A stretch of 64,000 nucleotides of DNA, from positions 29,855 through 93,854 of the forward strand of contig JAJPJL010000126.1 in the NCBI GenBank assembly GCA_021324255.1, given 5' to 3'. Shown piece after piece: positions 9,264 to 17,749 of this stretch (within the stretch, counting starts at the first letter, position 1; each line of letters starts with the position of its first letter). The stretch comes from Bacillota bacterium (GTDB lineage Bacteria > Sysuimicrobiota > Sysuimicrobiia > Sysuimicrobiales > Segetimicrobiaceae). Below the pieces are notes generated by a model. The model was not told the DNA's origin, did no database searches, and saw nothing but the letters and a program-made list of their open reading frames with translations. The position numbers and the translations under genes were made by a program.

Positions 9264-10642
9264 ACCCGCGCGTCACGATCGTTCTCGCCGTGCTCGTCGC
9301 CGCGGTCGCGGGATACATTTTTGCCGTCGACCGGCCTCAGGCGCAGCGCGCCGAGGAGGCGAAGCACCTCGTACAGCTGCCGAAGGCCGACATCACCGGG
9401 CTGTCGGTGACATCGTCCAAGGGGACGGTGGATCTCGAGCGCACGGACGCGACGCACTGGCAGATCACCCGCCCCTTCGACGCGCCGGCCGCGTCGTTCG
9501 CCGTCGGCGATCTCCTGGACGCGGTCACCGGCATCGTGCCGCAGCGCACGCTCGCCGGCGGGGGGGATGCGGCGGCGTACGGGTTCAACGCGCCGAGCCT
9601 GACGCTCGCCCTGCGCGCGTCCGGCGGCCGGTCGGTCACGGTCGTCTTCGGCAAGGCCGACCCGGTCGGCTCGGCCATGTACGCTCGCCTCGCGTCCGGC
9701 ACAGCCGTCTACCTCGTCGACTCGTCGCTCAAGGATGCGCTCTCCAAGTCGGGCGCCGATCTGCGCCAAAAGACGCTCGCCGACTTCGCGAACGCGGACG
9801 TGCAGCAGGTCCGGATCGCCGCGCCCGGGCGCACGCTGGTCGTCGACCGGACGGGGCCCGATCGCTGGCGCATCGAGGGAGCGCCGGCGCCGCATGCGCG
9901 GCCGGCCTGGCCGGCGGACGACTTCAAGGTGACCGATCTGTTCTTTCCGTTGACGACGTCCGAAGCCAAGCGCTTCCATGACGGGGTCACGGATCTCGCG
10001 CCGTACGGCCTGGACCACCCGGCCGTGACGATGGATCTTACGATGAAAGGCCGCACGGAGCCGCTGCGGATCATCGCGACGCAGCGCGGCAAAGTCGCCT
10101 ACGGGATGGTGGCCGGCGCGCACACCGTGCTGGAACTGGACCCGTCCATCGTCGGGAAGCTCACGCCGGCCCCGATTGCGCTCGTGAGCACACGCATCCT
10201 GCCCTATGACCCGCAGAATCTCGTCGCGTTCACGTGGCGGCGGAACGGGCAAACGCTCCAGGTGCGCCGCCAGGGGCCGGGGTTCACGGGCAGCCATCTG
10301 AGCGACCAGGACGTGTCGGACATGTTTTCGGCGATGAACCTGCTGGACGCCGACAAGGTCCAGGAGCTGGGGGCGGCGCCGGCGGGTGCGCCCGCGTTCG
10401 AGATCCAGACCGACGGCGGCGAGAGCGCCCGGTACACGGTGCAGTTCTACGCGCGGCCGAACGGCGGCTGGATCGTCACCGACCGCGCGCTTGGGCTGCA
10501 GTACGCCCTGGCGTCGAACGCGCTCGACGCGCTGCCGAAGTCCATCAAGGCGTTCTTGGGCCTGCCGGCCCCGGCCGCGGCCGCACCGGCGGGCGCGAGC
10601 CGCACGTCGAAGCCGAAGCCCGCGGCGCCTCACAAGCCATAG
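9260..10642 (+). CDS. DUF4340 domain protein, the usual partner of GldG-like proteins
   Basis: The GTG at 9260 overlaps the GldG stop (GTGA). An N-terminal transmembrane helix is followed by an extracytoplasmic domain, and the synteny is conserved. Confidence 0.6.
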   Translation: MNPRVTIVLAVLVAAVAGYIFAVDRPQAQRAEEAKHLVQLPKADITGLSVTSSKGTVDLERTDATHWQITRPFDAPAASFAVGDLLDAVTGIVPQRTLAGGGDAAAYGFNAPSLTLALRASGGRSVTVVFGKADPVGSAMYARLASGTAVYLVDSSLKDALSKSGADLRQKTLADFANADVQQVRIAAPGRTLVVDRTGPDRWRIEGAPAPHARPAWPADDFKVTDLFFPLTTSEAKRFHDGVTDLAPYGLDHPAVTMDLTMKGRTEPLRIIATQRGKVAYGMVAGAHTVLELDPSIVGKLTPAPIALVSTRILPYDPQNLVAFTWRRNGQTLQVRRQGPGFTGSHLSDQDVSDMFSAMNLLDADKVQELGAAPAGAPAFEIQTDGGESARYTVQFYARPNGGWIVTDRALGLQYALASNALDALPKSIKAFLGLPAPAAAAPAGASRTSKPKPAAPHKP

Positions 10643-10649
10643 CGGCCGG

Positions 10650-10686
10650 CGGCCCGGCACGTCGGCGCGGCCGCCGAGCCGGGCCG
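10650..10686 (+). terminator. GC-rich compound hairpin after the ABC-2 operon (CGGCCCGGC...GCCGGGCCG)
   Basis: A 9-bp perfect stem with a structured loop, 8 nt after the stop at 10642. There is no U-tract, as is common for terminators in high-GC genomes. Confidence 0.35.
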
Positions 10687-10766
10687 TGCGATCCCGGCAG
10701 GGTCGCGCGCGCCGATCGACGAACGTAGGCGGCGTTGTCAACGTCGCAGCCACGGACGGACCCTGG

Positions 10767-13049
10767 ATGCCCCACCGCCCGGATGCCCGTCGCGCCGTCG
10801 GATGGTGTCTGGTGGCGCTGCTCTCGCTCGCGCTCGCCGCCCCGATCGCCGCCGCCGTCCCGTCGCCGAATATATGGCCCGCGGTGCTCGCCGCGGATAC
10901 CCTCGACCTGCCGGTCGCGGCAGGCATTCAGTATCACCGCGCGACGCTCGCGACCGCGGACGGCCCGCTCGTCGTGCATCAGATGCAGGTGGACCTCGGG
11001 ACCCCGACGATCCGGCTCGGCGTCGGGCTCGCCCGCGATCGGCTGATGAGCGACGACGAGCCCGTGTCGTCGATGGTGCTGCGCACGGGCGCGATCGCGG
11101 GCGTCAACGCCGATTACTTCGACATTCACCAGTCCGGGATGCCGCTCAACATCGTCGTGCAACAAGGTCAGCTGCTGCGCAGTCCGTGGCGCTGGGTGGC
11201 GTTCGTCGTCGGCAAGGACGGCACCGCGCGCATCGTCCGGTACCGGTGGACCGGCAGCATCACCCTGCCGGAAACGGGCGAGACGCGGGCGCTCGACGGG
11301 TTCAACACCGGGTTGATCCCGAACGGCATCGTGCTCATGTCGAACATCCGCGGGTACGGGGCGCCGCCGCCGGACCCGGCGACGCGCCAGATGGTCGTGG
11401 AGCTGACGGCGCCCGACGAGACCGGACACGCCTTCGTCAAGCAGATGTGGCCGCAGCAGGCATTCTACGCGCCGTTTCCCAACAACGACGTCATCCTGGT
11501 CGGCCTCGGAGCCGGGGCGGACTGGCTCGCGCGGCTCACGGCCGGTAGCCCGGTCCAGCTCAATCTGACGACCGATCCCGATTGGCACGACGCCCTGATG
11601 GCGATCGGCGGGGGGCCGATCCTCGTGCAAAACGGTCAGATCGTCGAGGATCCCGACGCGCCGTCGCCCAAGGAGCGGGACTACCGCTACCCGGTGATCG
11701 CCGTGGGCATCGGCCGCGATGGGCACACGCTGACGTTCGTCGAGGTGGACGGCCGGCAGCCGGCCCTCAGCATCGGGCTGACGCGCCCGCAGCTGGCACA
11801 GTATATGCTGCGGCTCGGCGCGGCCCAGGCCATGGCGTTCGACAGCGGCGGCTCCGCGACCATGGTGGTGCGTCTGCCCGGAGCGCCCGCGCCGGCCGTC
11901 GTGAACTCGCCGTCCGACGGCCAGGAACGCCCCGTGGGAGACGCGATCCTCGTGTACAGCTCGGCCGTCCCCGGGCCGCCGGCCCGCGTTCTGGTCAATG
12001 CCGGACGTCCCCTGGAGCTGTTCGCGGGCGCGAGCGCGACGCTGCCGCTGATCGGCGTGGACGCGCAAGACAATCCCGTGGCGCTGAGCGCGCCGGTCTC
12101 GGCCACCGTATCGCCGCCCACGCTAGTCACGATCGCCGCCGGGGCGGCCGCGATGCCGGCGCGCCCGCCGGGGGCCGGTGACCCCGCGGCGCAGGTCGCT
12201 CCGCCCGCCGAACCGGCGCCGTCCCTCAGCGTCACGGCCGGCCCGTCCGCGGGAAGCGGGACGCTCCAGGTGCAGAGCGGGGACGCGGGCGGGTCGATCC
12301 CCGTCTCCGTCGTCACGCGGCTGAGCCGGCTCGTCGTCAGCCCGGCGTCGGTGGCGGTGGCGCCGGGTGCCGGCGCGCAATTCACGGTGAGCGCCCAGGA
12401 TGCCGGCGGCCGGCCCGTCGGCCTCGCCGGTGCGCCCGTGGCATGGAGCGTCACGCCGGGCATTCTCGGCGCGATCACGCCGGGCGGCGCGTTCGTGGCC
12501 GGCGACGCGTTCGGCGCCGGAAGCGTGACGGTGCGGGCCGGCGGCGCGGTGGGGCACGCGCAGGTTGCGATCGGCAGCACCGCTCAGTACCTGAGCGTCT
12601 TCGATCGCGGCGCGTGGTCGTTTCGCGGGTATCCCGCGACGGTCTCCGGATCGGTCGGTCTCGTGAGGGATCCAGCGCACGATGGTCACCCCTCGGCGCG
12701 TCTGGCGTTTGCGCTGGACGGCACCGGCACGCGCGCCGCCTATCTCCTCACGCAGCTGCCCCTGCCGGGCGCTCCCACCGGCATCAGCGTCTGGGTGTAC
12801 GGGGACGGAAGCGGCGTCTGGCTGCGCGGCGCCTTCGACCAGGCCAACGGTGATCGCGGGACCGTCACGCTGGCGCGCCGCGTGGATTGGACCGGCTGGC
12901 GCTCCATCACGGTCCAGCTGCCCCCGGGCTTGGCGCTGCCGATCACCTGGGCGACCTTCTACGTGGTGGAGACGGACGCGTCGAGGACGCCGCACGGGGT
13001 GCTCTACCTGAGCGATCTGCGCGCGATCTACCCGGCGGGCGCCAAGTAG
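10767..13049 (+). CDS. Secreted phosphodiester glycosidase family protein (NAGPA/DUF2233-like) with C-terminal Ig-like (Big_2-type) repeats
   Basis: Signal peptide (CLVALLSLALAAPIAAA). The central region resembles DUF2233 uncovering-enzyme-like domains. The C-terminus has repeated beta-rich segments typical of Big_2 domains. Confidence 0.6.
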   Translation: MPHRPDARRAVGWCLVALLSLALAAPIAAAVPSPNIWPAVLAADTLDLPVAAGIQYHRATLATADGPLVVHQMQVDLGTPTIRLGVGLARDRLMSDDEPVSSMVLRTGAIAGVNADYFDIHQSGMPLNIVVQQGQLLRSPWRWVAFVVGKDGTARIVRYRWTGSITLPETGETRALDGFNTGLIPNGIVLMSNIRGYGAPPPDPATRQMVVELTAPDETGHAFVKQMWPQQAFYAPFPNNDVILVGLGAGADWLARLTAGSPVQLNLTTDPDWHDALMAIGGGPILVQNGQIVEDPDAPSPKERDYRYPVIAVGIGRDGHTLTFVEVDGRQPALSIGLTRPQLAQYMLRLGAAQAMAFDSGGSATMVVRLPGAPAPAVVNSPSDGQERPVGDAILVYSSAVPGPPARVLVNAGRPLELFAGASATLPLIGVDAQDNPVALSAPVSATVSPPTLVTIAAGAAAMPARPPGAGDPAAQVAPPAEPAPSLSVTAGPSAGSGTLQVQSGDAGGSIPVSVVTRLSRLVVSPASVAVAPGAGAQFTVSAQDAGGRPVGLAGAPVAWSVTPGILGAITPGGAFVAGDAFGAGSVTVRAGGAVGHAQVAIGSTAQYLSVFDRGAWSFRGYPATVSGSVGLVRDPAHDGHPSARLAFALDGTGTRAAYLLTQLPLPGAPTGISVWVYGDGSGVWLRGAFDQANGDRGTVTLARRVDWTGWRSITVQLPPGLALPITWATFYVVETDASRTPHGVLYLSDLRAIYPAGAK

Positions 13050-13114
13050 CCGCGCGACGCGCCGGAGGGGACGCGTCGCCGCGCGTCGAACACACGCGCG
13101 TTCCTGGACGCCTC

Positions 13115-15262
13115 ATGGCCTACGCCGTGCGATCCCTGTTGAGCCTCACGCTCGCCGTCGGGCTGCTCGCCAGCACCGCGGGGCCCGTGTTGCCGCAATC
13201 GCCTCCCACGCTCGCCGACGCGGTGGCAGCCTACGCGCGCGGCGACGTGCCCGGCGCCAGGATGATGTTGACCGCGCTGGCGCAGGACACCACCGCCGAC
13301 GGCGGGCGGGCATCGTACCTGCTCGGCGTCACGGAGCTTGCCGCGCGGCACTATGCGCCGGCCGCGCAGTTGTTCGTGCGTGCCGGGCAGGCCGTACCGG
13401 TGCTGGCCGACTACGCCGTCTACAACGGCGCGGTCGCGGCCTTCAAGATGGGCGAGTACGCGGCGGCCGCGCAGGGATTTCAGGACCTCCTGCAGCGATT
13501 TCCGGACAGCACGCTCCGGAAGGCGGCGGCGTTTCAGCGCGCGGAGTGCCTGCGCAACCTCGGCGCCCCGGACGCGCCCGACGCGTACCACGCGTACATA
13601 GAGATCGCGGGCGACGATCCGCAGACCGCGCAGGCGTGGTACGAGATGGGCGGCGCGCTGGAGCGCCAGAATCGATGGGGAGACGCGGCACAGGCCTATC
13701 GCCGCGTCCTCTGGGTGTTTCCGCAGACGCCCTACGCCCAGCCGGCAGCCCAACGCCTCCGCGCGCTCGCGGCCTCGCATCCGTTGCCGCCGGATGCCAC
13801 GCCGCCGGCGGCCGTGTACGAGCGCGGCGCCGGCGACTTCGCGGCGGGTCAGTTCGCGGCCGCGCGCGCCGAGCTCACGCACGCACTCCAGATGCCGGGC
13901 GGCTGGGTCGTGGCCGATCAAGCGCTGTACACGCTCGGCGTGATCGCCTACCGCAGCGGGCAGCTCGGCTCCGCCGCGGCGCTGTTCCGGCGGGACGTGG
14001 CGCTCGGGCAGGCCCACGCGGATGACGCTTCCTATTATCTTGTGCGCATCGCCCTCGCCCGCCGGGCCGAGGCCACCGCGGTGGCGCTTGCACGCACGCT
14101 GGCCAGGTCGTTCCCGCGGTCGTCGTTGGCGCCGCGCGGGCTCTATGCGGTGGCCGCGTTCCGGGAGGAGCGGGGCGCCGTGGAGGCGGCCGGCGCGCTC
14201 TTCGACGAGGCGGCGGCCGCCTTCCCCGGCACCTACTGGGGCGACCGCGCCGGCTGGGAGCTCGGCTGGATTCGCTACCGCATGCACGCGTGGCAGGGCG
14301 CGCTGGCCGCGTGGCGGCGGCTCGCCGGGGTGGCCGGCGACGCCGTCATGGCCGCCGCGGGATCGTACTGGGCGGCGCGAGCCGCCGCGGCGGTCGGCGA
14401 CGGCGCGGGCGCCCAGAACGGCTATCTCGTCACGGCCGCGAAGTTTCCGGAGACGTTCTACGGTCAGCTCGCGGCCGCGCAGGCGGGCGTCCCGCTGCGC
14501 CTCGCGGTCGCGCCACCGATGCCCGATCCGCCGGCGGGCGAGATCGCCTCGCTCGACCGCTTCCGTGAACTGGACGCGCTGGCGCAGACGGCCGACGCGA
14601 CCCGCGAACTCGAGGCCGCGGCGGCCGCCGCGCCGGCCCAAGACCGTGCCGCCGTGACGCTTCTGCTCGGTCAATACTACGAGCGGCAGCAGCAGATCGC
14701 GCGCGGCATCCTCGAAGCCGAACAGGCGCAGGCGCTCGGCGGCGCGCCCGGCGCCTTGCCGCTCGCGGTCTGGGAAGCGCTCTACCCTCGCCCGGAGTGG
14801 TCGACTATCGCGCAGGCCGCCGGGCGGGCGGAGGTCGATCCGTATCTCGTCGCCGCGGTGGTGCGCGAGGAGAGCCGCTTCGACCCGGCCGCCGTGTCCC
14901 CGGCCGGCGCCTACGGGCTGATGCAGCTGATGCCGGGCACGGCCAGGAGCGCCGCGCGGAGCGCCGGCGTGGCGCCGCCGGACCTGCGTGCGTTGACCGA
15001 TTCGCGCATCAACGTGCAGCTGGGCACGACGGTGCTCGCCGAGTTGCTCCGGCAGTTCGGGAGACCGGACCTGGCGCTCGCCGCGTACAACGCGGGGCCC
15101 GGCGCCGTGCGGCGCTGGCAGGCCCAACACGACTCGAGCGACCCCGCGGCGTTCGACGAGTCGATCCCGTACGACGAGACCCGAAGCTACGTCAAGACCG
15201 TGTTGCGCTCCGCCGCGATCTATCGCTGGCTGTACCGGGACGGGCATCCCTCGCCGCAGTAA
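13115..15262 (+). CDS. Soluble lytic murein transglycosylase (Slt family) with TPR-like repeats
   Basis: Signal peptide, superhelical TPR-like region, and a C-terminal SLT catalytic motif (REESRFDPAAVSPAGAYGLMQLMPGTA). Confidence 0.85.
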   Translation: MAYAVRSLLSLTLAVGLLASTAGPVLPQSPPTLADAVAAYARGDVPGARMMLTALAQDTTADGGRASYLLGVTELAARHYAPAAQLFVRAGQAVPVLADYAVYNGAVAAFKMGEYAAAAQGFQDLLQRFPDSTLRKAAAFQRAECLRNLGAPDAPDAYHAYIEIAGDDPQTAQAWYEMGGALERQNRWGDAAQAYRRVLWVFPQTPYAQPAAQRLRALAASHPLPPDATPPAAVYERGAGDFAAGQFAAARAELTHALQMPGGWVVADQALYTLGVIAYRSGQLGSAAALFRRDVALGQAHADDASYYLVRIALARRAEATAVALARTLARSFPRSSLAPRGLYAVAAFREERGAVEAAGALFDEAAAAFPGTYWGDRAGWELGWIRYRMHAWQGALAAWRRLAGVAGDAVMAAAGSYWAARAAAAVGDGAGAQNGYLVTAAKFPETFYGQLAAAQAGVPLRLAVAPPMPDPPAGEIASLDRFRELDALAQTADATRELEAAAAAAPAQDRAAVTLLLGQYYERQQQIARGILEAEQAQALGGAPGALPLAVWEALYPRPEWSTIAQAAGRAEVDPYLVAAVVREESRFDPAAVSPAGAYGLMQLMPGTARSAARSAGVAPPDLRALTDSRINVQLGTTVLAELLRQFGRPDLALAAYNAGPGAVRRWQAQHDSSDPAAFDESIPYDETRSYVKTVLRSAAIYRWLYRDGHPSPQ

Positions 15263-15523
15263 CACCGCCCCGTTTTTGCCGCAAACCTAGCGCAAGGGAT
15301 ATTCAAACTTCCCGAGAACTTCCCTGGACCGCGTCGGAACCGCGGGGGCCGCGGTCATCACGGCCGCGGGGAATCGATCGAGGGAGCGCAGGATTGCAGG
15401 AGCCGGGGGAATCATCCTCCCGGCGTATGCTGCCGGGCGCCGGGCTCATGCTATTGATCGAGATGTCGCAGCCAACGTGGATGCCACCGGTATCCAGCAC
15501 TCGACGCTAAAGGACGGAGCGCA

Positions 15524-16807
15524 ATGACCGCAGCACACGCACGGGCAGCACTCATCGTGGTTGCAATCGCCGCGGGAATCGCCGTGGGCAGCGGGGCGGC
15601 CGTGGACGCGCCGGCTGCGCAGGCTGCGGCCGGATGGACTCGGGTGAGCATCGCGGGCTTGCTCGTGTCCGTCGACGCGGGGCGCCACACGCTGACGTTG
15701 GAGACCGCGCGCGGCCGGCTCCGGGTGCGGACCACCGCGTTCACGACGCTCGCAGTGGCGCCGTCGCGCGACGCTCCCGTCCGCCTGCCGGTGCGGTCGG
15801 TCGTGGAAGGCGTCCAATTGTCGGACGGTTCCGTGATCGCCGGCGTCGTGATCCTGGGCGGCGCCGGATCACCGCACGAGAGCGGCCGCCTGTCGGCGAC
15901 GCCCATCGGAACCTGGCTCGGCCAGCTCGATCCACCCGTCGGCGCCCACCAGACGGTCGCCTCGTTGTCGCAGGGTGAAGACGGGGTGCCGGCCGGGGTT
16001 CACTCCGGCGTCGATCCGCCGGTGAGGGATTTCTCGCCTCCCAAAGGCGCCGGCGGCAACGGCGGTGCGGGCGGCCCAGGCGGCGGCCGGAATTCGGTCA
16101 CCGGGCTCGGCAACGGCGGTCGCGGCGGCAACGGAGGGGACGGTGGCGACGCGTTCGGGCAGTTCAACGGGGGCAACGGCGGCGCGGGCGGCGCCGGGGG
16201 CGCGGGCGGAAACGACAACGGCGGCAACGGCGGCGGGGGCGGGAACGGCGGGGACGGCGGCGCGGCGGGGGCCGGGGTCGACGGCGGCAACGGCGGTGAT
16301 GGCGGCCAGGGCGGTGGCGGCGGCAACGGGGCGGTCGGGCCAAACGGCGGCAACGGCGGGCGCGGCGGCAACGGCGGCAATGGAGGCTCGTGCGCCGGCG
16401 CAGGGTGCTCGGGCGGCAACGGCGGCAACGGCGGCATGGGCGGCAACGGCGGCATGGGCGCCGCCGGCGGAGCCAACGGTAGCGGCGGAGCCGGCGGCAA
16501 CGGCGGCAATGGCGGTGGATGCGTCGGCGACGGATGCTCGGCCGGCAACGGCGGCAACCGCGGGCTCGGCGGTAGCGCCGGAGTGCCGACGGGGAGCCGC
16601 AGCGGGCAGGATGGTCAGAATGGCCAGAACGGCCAAAACGGACGGCCGGGGTCGGGCGGCGACGGTGGGAACGGCGGCAACGGGGGAAACGGTGGGAGCG
16701 CCTCGTGGGGCGGCGGCGCCGGCGGTTCGCCGGGCCCGGACGGCATGGGCGGCCGGGGCGGCGGCTGCGCGGGCAACGGGTGTTCTCCGGGCCGCGACGG
16801 CCACTGA
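15524..16807 (+). CDS. Secreted glycine/asparagine-rich repeat protein (PGRS-like GGNGG repeats with three CxGxGCS motifs)
   Basis: Signal peptide and a roughly 150-aa N-domain, followed by about 270 aa of GGNGG/GGAGG repeats with interspersed pairs of cysteines. Codon usage is consistent with the genome. Confidence 0.6.
   Translation: MTAAHARAALIVVAIAAGIAVGSGAAVDAPAAQAAAGWTRVSIAGLLVSVDAGRHTLTLETARGRLRVRTTAFTTLAVAPSRDAPVRLPVRSVVEGVQLSDGSVIAGVVILGGAGSPHESGRLSATPIGTWLGQLDPPVGAHQTVASLSQGEDGVPAGVHSGVDPPVRDFSPPKGAGGNGGAGGPGGGRNSVTGLGNGGRGGNGGDGGDAFGQFNGGNGGAGGAGGAGGNDNGGNGGGGGNGGDGGAAGAGVDGGNGGDGGQGGGGGNGAVGPNGGNGGRGGNGGNGGSCAGAGCSGGNGGNGGMGGNGGMGAAGGANGSGGAGGNGGNGGGCVGDGCSAGNGGNRGLGGSAGVPTGSRSGQDGQNGQNGQNGRPGSGGDGGNGGNGGNGGSASWGGGAGGSPGPDGMGGRGGGCAGNGCSPGRDGH
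16030..16800 (+). repeat. Coding tandem GC-rich repeat (units of GGCGGCAACGGCGGN)
   Basis: Short degenerate tandem units visible in the DNA. They correspond to the GGNGG protein repeats. Confidence 0.7.
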
Positions 16808-16853
16808 CGAGCGCCGCTGCGGCGCCATCGCGGGGCGCGCGCCGTGGTGGGGA

Positions 16854-17615
16854 TCAGGACCGCCCAGCGCTCCGGATCGTGCCCACGAGCCGGTAGCCTG
16901 ACGGCGTCAGCGTTGCGATGCGGAGCCGGCCGCCGACCAGCGGGTGAATCGGGCCGTCACGCCGCCCACGCACGAACCGGGCCACGCCGAGCGTGATCGT
17001 TCCGAGGAACCTCGCCAGATCGACGCCGTCTGTGAGGCTCATGTCGCGCAGCGGCACCACGAATTCCAGGTTGGCGACCTGCTCCCGGGTGGTCGCGTCC
17101 AGCGCCGACAGATCCATCGCCGGATCGATGCCCTTGAAGAGCCGGCTGATCGCGAGACCCTGGCCGCGCCAGTGAAAGTTCGGCGCGTCGGTGGTGGAGA
17201 GCAGGCGCCGCTCGCCGGCGGGCCACACGGCCTCGTAGATCCGGCCGACGCCGTCGGGGCCGTAGGCGCCGATCAGAAAGCCGACCGCCTCGCGCGGCGG
17301 CGCGTCCTCCCGTGCGGGTTCATCGGCGCCGAGAAAGGCGAGCAGCTCGTCGGCCACCGCCGCCGCGTCCCGCACGGCGCCGGCGGACCGGCCGGCGGCG
17401 TATCGCCCCGCGAGCGCCGCAATCGTGTGACCGCGGACGTGGCTCCGGCCGTGCGTCACCGCCGCGGCGTGCCGTCCCAGCGCGAACACCTTGTGCGCGC
17501 CGTCGGTCACCACCTCGGCCCACCGGTGATCCGCCGCGTCGCGCCATCGCGTCGTCCGGCTGTCCGCCGCGAGCACGATGCCCTCTGAGAGTGAGATGGC
17601 AATCGCAATCGTCAT
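16854..17615 (-). CDS. Anbu-like / proteasome-type Ntn-hydrolase (orphan 20S beta-like subunit)
   Basis: N-terminus MTIAIAISLSEGIVLAADSRTT, with Thr immediately after Met and the GxVLAxDSRTT pattern of proteasome beta/HslV/Anbu catalytic subunits. About 250 aa. A strong SD (AAGGAGG) precedes the ATG. Confidence 0.6.
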   Translation of the reverse strand: MTIAIAISLSEGIVLAADSRTTRWRDAADHRWAEVVTDGAHKVFALGRHAAAVTHGRSHVRGHTIAALAGRYAAGRSAGAVRDAAAVADELLAFLGADEPAREDAPPREAVGFLIGAYGPDGVGRIYEAVWPAGERRLLSTTDAPNFHWRGQGLAISRLFKGIDPAMDLSALDATTREQVANLEFVVPLRDMSLTDGVDLARFLGTITLGVARFVRGRRDGPIHPLVGGRLRIATLTPSGYRLVGTIRSAGRS

Positions 17616-17643
17616 GCACGGGCCTCCTTGTCCCGGGTCGCTT

Positions 17644-17675
17644 CAAGGAATTCTGGCCACGGGCCAGAATCCTTG
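17644..17675. promoter_or_regulatory. 32-bp near-perfect palindrome (CAAGGAATTCTGGCC-acg-GGCCAGAATCCTTG) in the divergent intergenic region
   Basis: Read directly from the sequence. It sits about 30-60 bp upstream of the Anbu-like start and about 75 bp upstream of the SLH porin start. Confidence 0.45.
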
Positions 17676-17749
17676 TGAGCCGGACGGGCACGCGTGACGC
17701 GCCACAGAGTCGCTCCAGGAGACGCCTTTCTTACGTGGATCGCATCGGC

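Noticed and set aside
10386-10766. N-terminal extension of the NAGPA-like ORF
   Set aside because: It overlaps the DUF4340 gene. The signal peptide begins at the ATG at 10767.
16000-16557. 185-aa proline-rich ORF (PPLPP repeats) on the minus strand
   Set aside because: It is the reverse-complement reading of the GGNGG repeat. The plus-strand frame has the signal peptide and the coherent repeat protein.
16030-16800. Possible CRISPR array or other non-coding tandem repeat
   Set aside because: The units are 9-15 bp, degenerate and in-frame within a CDS. There is no repeat-spacer structure of 28-37 bp and no cas genes.
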